From Nymphaea colorata (lineage: Eukaryota): a stretch of 64,000 nt of DNA. The position numbers were made by a program, and so were the translations under genes. This document shows, one piece after another, positions 54,001 through 64,000 of this stretch. Under the pieces are notes generated by a model. The model did no database searches, was not told the origin of the DNA, and saw only the letters and a list, made by a program, of their open reading frames with translations. The stretch spans positions 6,138,001 through 6,202,000 of the forward strand of contig NC_045138.2 in the NCBI RefSeq assembly GCF_008831285.2, written 5' to 3'. Numbering within the stretch: the stretch's first letter is position 1; the number at the start of each line of letters is the position of its first letter.

Positions 54001-57000
54001 TATCATACAAAAATCACAGAGTAAGAGAAAGGGTGTTCCATACTATCGGATTGTAAAAACAATGTGAATCAACTTCCTCAGATATAAAGGTAACCCTTCT
54101 CAAATGATAATCTGATTTAAGGCACATTAAGAAGGCAGTTGGTACTGTATTCTTTTAATTTAACTGGTTTAAGAATGAATGTTAGTTCCAAAAAAGCAAG
54201 CATCGGAATGCCATCTATGTAATAATCCACACATGATACCTTGTTAACATACGATAAGGTTCTCGAAGATCTTTTGTAATGAGATCATCTATTAATGTTC
54301 CAATATAACTGCTTTCTCTCTCTAGCACAATCAATGACTTCCCTTGAGAATGCCTTGCTGCATTAATTCCAGATATGAGGCCCTGCATAAATGAAGATGT
54401 TGATCTATGAGCCAGTATTGGGGGATAAAAGTCAGAGTAGACATATACCCTATGTCACACAAGGACGTGGGTCTTGCCCACATACCTGTACCGGTACGGC
54501 AGTACGCCAATTCAAGTACTATGGTACACCTTGGTACGCTTTGGATTGGTTCTGAGTCGAATCAATCCAAACCACTTTAAATAAACCCATTTTCGCCCGA
54601 TGCCTCTTCCTCATTCCTTACCTTCATACAACATATCTCCGGCAATAGATGCAGTGGAGAGCTTTACTGGTTGGCGGTGACCAGCGACGGATGTCGGTCG
54701 GCGGCGATCGGCGACAGACGTGTTGGAGGTAAGTGTTTTTTACATTCTCTTCTTAGGGTTTTTTTGATTTCCCCCCCCCCCCCTTTGTTGTTTGTTACTC
54801 TATTTTCATGTTTCTTCTGTCATTGTTAGAGAGTTGGATAAATCTTTGTTTAGATTTTTGGCTTGCTCCACAAGTGAACGTGTTCATCTGTTTCCCGTGC
54901 ACTCTGATTTGAAATCAATCCCACACCGTGTCATCTGTTTCTTATATTTGTGCTACTTTTTTTGCTAATTTCATGTTTATGTTTGAACTGCCGTGTTTTA
55001 AAGACTTCATTTATATTCACCTGTTTCGCTGGTTTCAATTATATTTCACTGGCTTCATTTATATTCACCTGTTATGATTGGGTACGTTTGGAATGGTTCC
55101 GGGTCAAAACCGATCCAAACCACAAAAAAAACATTGTTTTAGTCTATTTATGTTTCTTTTATGAGATTATATGGAGGAACTGTGAAAGGAACATTGTCTT
55201 AATGATGTGATGATATCAATTTGTTTTTGGAATTAAAAATATATAATTATCGCCGTACCGCCATACTAAGATTGGTAAAAATGTTGTAACCATACCCGCT
55301 TCCCCGTACCCGCACCAACACCCGTACCTGTACCTATGTGACATAGAATATACCAGTACAAATCTTTCCCATTTTGATAGCCAAATAGATAAAATTGAAC
55401 ACAAGCAAGAAACAGGAGGACTGAATAAATGAAAGTACAAAACAAAAACATGGCAGATATATAGAAAACCTGAGCGGCAGCTTCTTCATAGCCTGTGGTT
55501 CCATTTATCTGGCCTGAAAAGAAAAGCCCTTCAACCTTTTTAGTCATGAGGGATCTAGAACATTGATAAGCAGGCAAAAAATCATATTCCACCGCATAAG
55601 CAGGCCTTAGCATTGAACAGTTCTCAAGTCCAGGCAATGTCCTAAGGAGAGCGAGTTGTAGGTTCTCTGGTAGACCAGTAGAGAAACCCTGCACAAAAAG
55701 GAATTTGCTTATAAAATTAGTCAACAGAATAAGACAAACAATGGTGATGGCTCAGTCACTATCTTTTTTAAGAGTCATAAAGAAATTTCTGAAGCATTTT
55801 TAATGAAAATTCCATCTCCTTACAAGTTGATCCATGACAAGTCAATGCAATCATTCATATAAACAATTAGACAGCAGGTCAGTTTGAAGTACCATAGGTA
55901 GTGGACTGGCTTAACACAGTCACAGATTTTTCATAAAACTAGCAAGAAATATAAACCACTGTCACACGTATTGGCATTATTTTTCAAAAAAGCACAAAAA
56001 AATGGGGAAAATAGAGGAAAACAAAAAGTAATACTAAAAAAATCAAGAAATGAAAAAAATTTGTAGGATCATTTTTTTCCATTTTTTCAGAAACAGAATG
56101 AATTTTAATAACTTTATTTGAGGTTTATTCAAACAAATTATTAAGCATTTTAATTTTTTTATTGATGTTTTCTAGAAAATTAATAGAAAACTCAAAATTT
56201 CATACTTCTTATTTTTTAATTTTTTGAGCTTTTGAGATTTTCAAAAACCAAACTTCCCAACTAACACCTGAGAAAAACCTTGCCGATACAAACCTGAAAT
56301 TGATATTTGTGACAATGATAGAAACAAATTTAGTTGATCATAAGCTTGCAGACCTGAACATATAATTCTGGTACATTTCTTCCTTCGGGTTCAAGAAAAA
56401 TTTGATGAGATTCTTTATCATGAAACCTCACTATCTGAAAGAAACAAACAAAAATGTACCAGTTCAGATCACAATTGGATAAATCGTAGATAGATTTCTC
56501 CATACTACATGCAAAACTGAATAACAAATGTAGTTTCCTTGAAGCATGAATTCACAACATGTTCCAAACACATCACAGGCACAATCTAAATCTTTAATGT
56601 CCAAGATTACTCTTCAGATCAGAGCCTCAAACTGGAGACTTGTACATGCGTCCAAAGACAGTAAAAGAGTACTGGATGTCTTTGTTCAGCAAGCTGAATT
56701 AACAGTGAGCTATGTCACATGGGCACGTGACATTTGCCCAAGTACCTGTGTCGGTACATGGGTACAGCGACATGGATACATGGGTATGGCTGTATTTTAA
56801 AACTAAAAAATTTATCTTTTTAAACTTTATTTGTTATTTTTTCCTTCTTTTTTCTATTTCCCTTCCACCTAGATTTATATTTCCTCCCACTTTTCTTTAA
56901 TTTTGAAAATTTTCAATATATATATATATTCTGCCGTACCCGTGTACCCATAATTTTCAAAAATGGTGTGCCTGTACCCACACTGCCATACCCGTATCAC

Positions 57001-59461
57001 ACCCATGTGACATAGACAGTGAGATATTAGTACACTATTCCTTTGAGCTGCAAACAGTAACAAGTGCCACACTCGAGTTGAAAAGTGTACTATAGGACCA
57101 CGCAAGCCCGAAGCAAGCTAGAACCTTAGAGGCATATAGCGTACGGTCTTGGAGGTTTTACGCCAAAGGCGGTTTCCTCTAAGTAAACATTAATAATTGA
57201 TAGTGAAATGTTATAAATTCACTTAACTTCAGTCCAAACGAGTTATCATGCTACTTGTCCTTATATACTCATGAGTCACGACACGACATCCCTCTTCCCG
57301 TAGTGGTATGTTTCCCTCCTCCCCCCCCCCCCCCCCACCCCCCCCAAACAAAAAGAACAAAACTTGATGTGAGGAGGTTATATTGCTAAATCTTAGACTT
57401 GTTGGCTTAAGTAAATGGGTCACCACATTCTCATACTCTAACATTATCACTTTGCCCTGCAGGAGGCTCAATGTTCTCCAGCAAAAGAGTACAATAAATG
57501 CACAAGGTTACATATACACCAATAGAAATGTGATACCTAGCACCTTTTAAGGCATATCTCAAATATGCAAAAAATAAAGTTGCTTCTTGTCTTTTTTTTG
57601 CACTGATGGAAGAGTTCCTTTCTGTTGATGCATGTGAAAAGTCTCTCATCATGAATCCCATCATGAGCGATCAAATGATTAACTTGAAAACCGGGCAAAA
57701 AGGAAAAAGCATGGTCGTAAAAACATGTCACAAGATATGTTTCAATAGTGAGTAGAACAGGAAAAGACTCATCTCCATGTAATGATTCTGATGCCAAAAA
57801 AAAAATCCCCAGAAACAACCAATATGCATAAAAAAACGCGAGATGTAATAAAACCATACCTTATCTTCAATAGAAGGGCAATATCTAGGACCCTTAGCTT
57901 CAACCCAGCCCCCATAAGTTGGAGTTTGATGCAGATTATCTCTGATAAGTTTGTGAGTGCTTGGTGAGGTGCGTGTCAAATAACAGTACATCTGTTCTCT
58001 TTCAATATGAACATCAGGATCAAAACTGAACCAGCCAACCTGTTGATCAAAATTAAAAGAGGAACTCTTAGTTGAAGAAAAAAGCATGTGGGCATGGCTA
58101 TATATGTGCAATCGCGGTACTAATTTCTCCTACATGATTCTCTTCATACACCATGGTCACCCTTGTGTTCAGTGAAATTATACATCATTTTTAGGGTAGA
58201 AATTGGACTTGACTTATTTGTTATCTTCAAATTGCTTATGTTTGCAACAGTATTCCCCAATTTCTGACTAATGTCCAACTGTGCCTTTCTGCATCACCTT
58301 GCCCCTGCAGCCATTCTTGTCCTCATGTGCTTATGTAACATCATACTGCAATCTTATCATCCCTTTGCTACACTTCATTGTGCCCCAGGCACATGGTTTA
58401 AAGGTTTCCAAAATAATAGAATGTTTAGATGTTGGCACTTGTTAGCACAAGGGAAAATGAATGATGAGTTCTTATAGTATTAGCAGCTTGCAGACAACTT
58501 ATACAAATTCAGACACAACAAAAATGCACTTAAATATGGTCTTGTCCTAGATCCAAGGTCCCCAAAAGGCAGAGTAACTAGTAGTTCCCAGACATACAAA
58601 TGCAGACACCTCAAGAAATATACTTAAATATGGTGTCTTCTTAATCCAAACATGCAGATGCCTCATTGTTTGTTTTTTATGAACAATCCTTGGTCAAATT
58701 GGTTTCATAAAAAGTATAAATATTTTAACCATCAATTTTACAACCATTATTTTTTATTCCTCAAAAGAACATCTACACATGTAAAATGTCTAAATATATT
58801 TCTCCTTCTAAGACAATCATAGGATTGAATCTACAAGGGTGTCCTCATGTGCTTATGTAACATCATACTGCAATCTTATCATCCCTTTGCTACACTTCAT
58901 TGTGCCCCAGGCACATGGTTTAAAGGTTTCCAAAAGAATAGAATGTTTAGATGTTGGCACTTGTTAGCACAAGGGAAAATGAATGATGAGTTCTTATAGT
59001 ATTAGCAGCTTGCAGACAACTTATACAAATTCAGACACAACAAAAATGCACTTAAATATGGTCTTGTCCTAGATCCAAGGTCCCCAAAAGGAAGAGTAAC
59101 TAGTAGTTCCCAGACATACAAATGCAGACACCTCAAGAAATATACTTAAATATGGTGTCTTCTTAATCCAAACATGCAGATGCTTCATTGTTTGTTTTTT
59201 ATGAACAATCCTTGGTCAAATTGGTTTCATAAAAAGTATAAATATTTTAACCATCAATTTTACAACCATTATTTTTTATTCCTCAAAAGAACATCTACAC
59301 ATGTAAAATGTCTAAATATATTTCTCCTTCTAAGACAATCATAGGATTGAATCTACAAGGTCAGATTGTTCAAAAGTAGACATGGAACTACTTGTTTCCA
59401 ATTTAGAGGTGCCTCAATTTGTTACGAACATAAGCCATCTAGGATTCCATTGCCGATTTCC

Positions 59462-59546
<85 letters not shown>

Positions 59547-62500
59547 CACACATTTGTTTGTTTCTTTATTTATTTCTGTATATAAAATTCAGTTGAAATT
59601 TACAATCTAAGTTGCTTGAGTCAATCTGATGGTAAATGTGTTCATCATGAATTGGAACCTATAAATTGACTTTTCACTTGTGCTTTTCTGCTAAAAAACA
59701 TTCTTTTGAGCCTATAAAATTTAGTGCATTTTCAGCCCTTGAATTTGGGCCACCCAAAGTACTGTAATACACATATAGTTTTGTTGATCGAAAGTCTACA
59801 TGAGGATAAGGAAGAAGGGCTTGGGAGTTTTGCAAACCTCAAGAAATTCACTACCAAATTTTACATCCTCAAATATAGTCATTACATCCTCAAATATAGT
59901 CATCTATGAGAGGTAACGAGCAGTTATGGAGAAGAGGAACTTAGAAGCTCTATCTGTAAAAAAAATTAGAGAAGAACGAAAAATGTCTCTACTGAAAATC
60001 ACCTCTTCATCGCCACACTGTCGTTCCAATCCAGAGAAGTTGACGCTGCGGCAGTCTACTCGTGGAGGAGTTCCAGTCTTCAACCTACCAGTCTCAAAGC
60101 CCATATTTTGCAGACATTCTGTCAATCCTATTGAAGCTGACTCACCAGCCCTTCCTGCAGACATGGATGCTCTTCCAACCCAAATTTTTCCACTCATAAA
60201 TGTGCCTGTTGTGAGCACAATTGCAGGGGCATAAAAGTTGACACCAAAGAATGTCCGGACCCCTTCTACCTTGTCATTTTTCCCAACAAGTACTTCAGTG
60301 ACCATAGCTTCCCTGATGCAAAGATTGGGAGTGCTGAAAACATGAAAATAAAGCAGTAGTCTTAGACTACCTCACAAGGGAATGAAACTAACTGCAAACA
60401 AGAAGAAAAACAAAGGGTAGAGCGGCAACCTATTTACTTTTTTTAAACCACTGTCTATTAAAGCTCCTTAGTGCATATCCAAGACTTGCATTGATTATAT
60501 ACAGAAGTTTGATTGCCTACATGGACTGAAAGGAAGGCAAAAATCCTTGACATGATCACCTTAAGTTTTATTAACTACTTATGCCTTTATAATGATGATC
60601 TCCACTTGATCTATGGAAGCTCATAATGTGAAGAACAAAAGAAAGCGTTAAAGTAGTAGAAAATAGCATTCATACAGCGCCCAGAATGGTCACAGGCATG
60701 AGCTATAGAGGTGTAAATGGCCTGGGGGGTATAGGCTTCCTCCATATTGGCTGCACGAAATTGTAACTTGCATTTGTTGTCCTATGTACTATACAAATAC
60801 ATAGTATCTGGCAGGTAAGTGCACACATACAGTAATAGTATTGTGTATACCATATGTATACTTCCACATACACTACATACGCATATATATATACACATGC
60901 ACTATATGGCACACACAATTGACTTGTATTTAGATTCTCTCTAGGATCTAAATAAAGTACATTCACTTAGCCAGTTTATAATGCATCTTGCCTTTCAACA
61001 ACCCTCTTCATTTCCAGGGCATACTCCCTCTTATCTGTCTGTGCACGCAATGCTCGAACAGCTGGTCCCTTTGAAATATTGAGCACACGTTTCTGCAAGT
61101 AACACCTGCATCATGAAGATGAACAATATTCAGTGACAATTTGCATCCAAGTTGCATACAAGAAGCACAATTGACTATTAAACAGAATGCAGAGAAAGAC
61201 CATAACAACCATGTTCATTTTTCTTGTGGAAGCTAGACTCAGGTTTCCTATATATAACTCAGGTTTCCTATCTATACAGGAATGACTACATCCCGTCAGG
61301 GATAAATTGGTTATGTAAACCAGCGGTATTTACATAACACTGGTTTACATTACTAATTTACCATACAATATGTTAGTCAAAGTATTTTCACGTAAAGTAT
61401 TAAATTTTATTACCATAATTTTAGTGTTCTAGGAGCCACTAACTTGATTATAAAAATAACGCATTTAAAACAAAAAAATGGTTCGTGCTGGCATTTGGAT
61501 ACCTGTCAGCAATTTTCCCAATTTCACCACCAAGTGCGTCCACTTCATGCACCAGCTGAGATTTTGCAGGGCCACCAACAGCAGGATTACAGGGCTGAAA
61601 AATAAAAACAGTTACTAACTCAAAAATATAAAAAGAAAAACTAATAGGAGCTTTCATCACTTATTTATCGAAACATGTATTAGATACCAAAAATATTGAG
61701 AAAGAAAGGAAAAGGATCTTGTCACCAGAATTTAACTCTTTCAAGTTATCAGAAAATGTCCTATCTCTATGAAGTAGCAACTGCCCCAGCCTTCTTTGGG
61801 AAAGAATAATGATACAGCATGTTAAATAGATCCGGTTATCTAGTTATGCAAACATTATGGAGCAATTTTAGGAAACATAAAGAAGGCTTAACCTGTCATG
61901 TCTTTCTAAAAATAAAGCTTAGAACGTGACAAAACTCAGAGAAGTTGCCAGAACTCTACAAGACATTGCCCAAATAGCTAGAAGCTTGTCGCCATTTTAT
62001 TGTCTCCAGAACATAAGGACATTTTCCTTTTCAAAAATAAGGAACCACCAATTATTTCTTCCTTTCAGTAAGCTTCAAGTAATAATTTTCTATCTTGCAC
62101 TCTTCTTATCAACATTTGATACCGAACAAAATTCTTAAGTTCAATTGTCTAGGTTATTAAAACATACAATACCAATGAACAACATAGTTGCCAGCACATA
62201 TAAATAGCATAATATACCTGCCATGCAATACGATCAAGATTGAGTGTAAGCAAGAGCGTTTTGGCACCAAGACGAGCAGATGCAAGCGCTGCTTCACACC
62301 CTGCGTGCCCTCCCCCTACTACAATCACATCATACCTTTCTTCAGTTGCTGGATCCTGTGTGGACCAACCTGCTGAAATCCACAAATGAGCCAACCTGTG
62401 TGTCCATGACTCTAGGGAAAGCAAAACCAATCTCCCATAAACCCTATTATCGCAACTTGAAAGAAGAAAAGGCCTACTTGGGAATTGGTATTTCCTAAAT

Positions 62501-63244
62501 GTGTAATTTCCTCTGTACCAAAAACGTAGAGCATTTAGAAGGGGAAGAGAATATCAAAAGGCATGAGACTAAACTATTATCTACAAAAGAAACTGAAGTT
62601 GTAATACATGCCATAATTCAGAAATGTACTGGACAATATCGAAAGGATAACACAAGAGCATCCATTAACATGTTTTAGTCACACCAAACGTTTTTCAAGA
62701 CCAAGGAACTTTTTCATGCGATAGGTTTCGATTTAGAGCTTCATTACGGCTACTTTTCGCACTTTGTACATTACGCTTTTGCCAAATTCGTCGGCTTAGC
62801 CTCGCAGGAAGACCAACAAGAGACTCGTTCAGTCGTTTTAGAAAACAGATGCTATAAAAGCCACAAGATAAATCAAACTCTTCTTGATTGAGACCAAAAA
62901 ACGTCGACGAAAAACAAAGAAATGGGTTTAACTAAAAATTGTCAAAAAATGTCAACGATAAAGAACTCGTCGTGCTTTAAGATAAAAAACGTATAAAGTG
63001 TCGACCAGAAGAGAAAGGAAGCGCCACCGTTGGTAGGAGAGCTCGAAGTAGATGCAACAACGCGAAAACGTCTACGACAATTCAGTGAACTCCAACAGAG
63101 TTTAGGAGCAAAACCATCGGCGACACCATGGTTCCCGGACTTCCGGGGACGGAGCGTCCCGAACAGACGGGATGAGAGAGGGGGAGGGGTGAAGTAGGAG
63201 GAGGTACAGAGCCTCAGAAGATGGTGGGATACAAGAGAAGCCAT
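51065..63244 (-). CDS. mnmG: tRNA uridine-5-carboxymethylaminomethyl modification enzyme GidA/MnmG with N-terminal transit peptide; 13 exons
   Basis: Exons (minus) 63244-63028, 62372(or 62369)-62218, 61594-61503, 61105-60992, 60333-60003, 58039-57860, 56434-56354, 55688-55470, 54382-54240, 53415-53249, 53078-52858, 52735-52643, 51250-51065. Motifs [75 protein letters not shown]; Ser/Arg-rich N-terminus. Confidence 0.96.
54450..55346. mobile_element. Long member (897 bp) of the CTATGTCAC hAT MITE family in GidA intron 8
   Basis: TIRs CTATGTCACA / TGTGACATAG, TSD CATATACC/AATATACC (7 of 8), subterminal CCGTACC repeats. Confidence 0.8.
55957..56317. mobile_element. hAT-type MITE in GidA intron 7
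   Basis: TIRs CACTGTCACA / TGTGACAATG, TSD ATATAAAC/ATAGAAAC (7 of 8). Confidence 0.7.
56710..57015. mobile_element. hAT-type MITE (CTATGTCACATGGG family) in GidA intron 6
   Basis: Perfect TIRs CTATGTCACATGGG / CCCATGTGACATAG and perfect 8-bp TSD ACAGTGAG. Confidence 0.88.
58318..59360. repeat. 521-bp near-perfect tandem duplication in GidA intron 5
   Basis: 58318-58838 and 58840-59360; only 3 substitutions noticed. Confidence 0.93.
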
Positions 63245-63938
63245 TGGAGAACGTTTGGTCTATCTAAGGTTAGGCCATTGAGAGGTAAAATGGGGAGCGT
63301 GAATTTGGGAGAGAGAAAGGCCGAGGGAAGGAGAGAGGCCCTTCCCGCCTGCGGAGAGTGTGTGGGGGGAATTAGGCCGCCGGTGTCCCAAAAAAAAAAA
63401 AAAGCGGCTCCGATAATGGTACGAACATTAATTTCATAATCGATTTGTATCTGAATAAAATAGTCCGCTTTCTAAAATAAAAAGGATTTTTCCTTTTTAC
63501 CTGACTCTTTAATTGTTACTTATAATTTAAAAAATTGCTTATGAAAATCATCTCTCTTGCAAATTTCTAATATCATATTTTTCATAAAAGATTCAAGGAA
63601 CTAAAAAAATAATATTAGTTAAAATAATAAAATTATATAGCTTAGAAGGTAATATTAAAAACAAAAGAATGGAAATTAGCCGGCTGTCAAATGTTATGTG
63701 ATGACTAAATGTTTATAAACTGTCGCGACAAGAGTTTACTGACTATTAATGGTGTTTTTAACGATCCTCCATTAAAAGCAAGGGGCAAATTAACAAACGC
63801 TCCCTTCAAGTCTTTGTTATAAAGTTCTCATGAAAAGGGAGATTTTTTTTTAACGCATTGCTGAAAGTAGTTTCTCAAGTAACCTCAAAAACAGAAATTT
63901 TCTTGCAACAAATTTCATATCAAATCAGTAACCAAATT

Positions 63939-64000
<62 letters not shown>

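Noticed and set aside
61495..61502. GidA intron 3 donor GTATCC as a U12-type intron
   Set aside because: Continues GTATCCAA rather than GTATCCTT, and no TCCTTAAC branch point was seen.

Overview
AT-rich, intron-rich flowering-plant nuclear DNA (taxon not determinable from sequence alone). Three intact multi-exon genes: an NRAMP5-like divalent-metal transporter (+, 1301-11415, 13 exons), replication factor C subunit 4 (+, 43153-49315, 12 exons) and an organelle-targeted GidA/MnmG tRNA-modification enzyme (-, 63244-51065, 13 exons, one GC-AG intron). The interval 14.7-38.3 kb is a rearranged direct duplication (copy A 14682-~20990, copy B 27975-~38340). It appears to hold two minus-strand, spliced, non-coding transcription units carrying gene debris (mitochondrial phosphate carrier, PPR-like). 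Copy B contains a decayed hAT transposase whose dimerisation-domain region is duplicated in inverted orientation, giving a ~258-bp-stem, 31-nt-loop hairpin (34169-34713). Its mismatches are strongly biased toward G-U wobbles in the minus-strand RNA, making it a candidate natural transposon-killer / hairpin-siRNA locus. The window also has hAT and Tourist MITEs with TSDs, a tRNA-Gly-like SINE head, LINE ORF1 debris, local tandem duplications and microsatellites. All coordinates and counts were read by hand.
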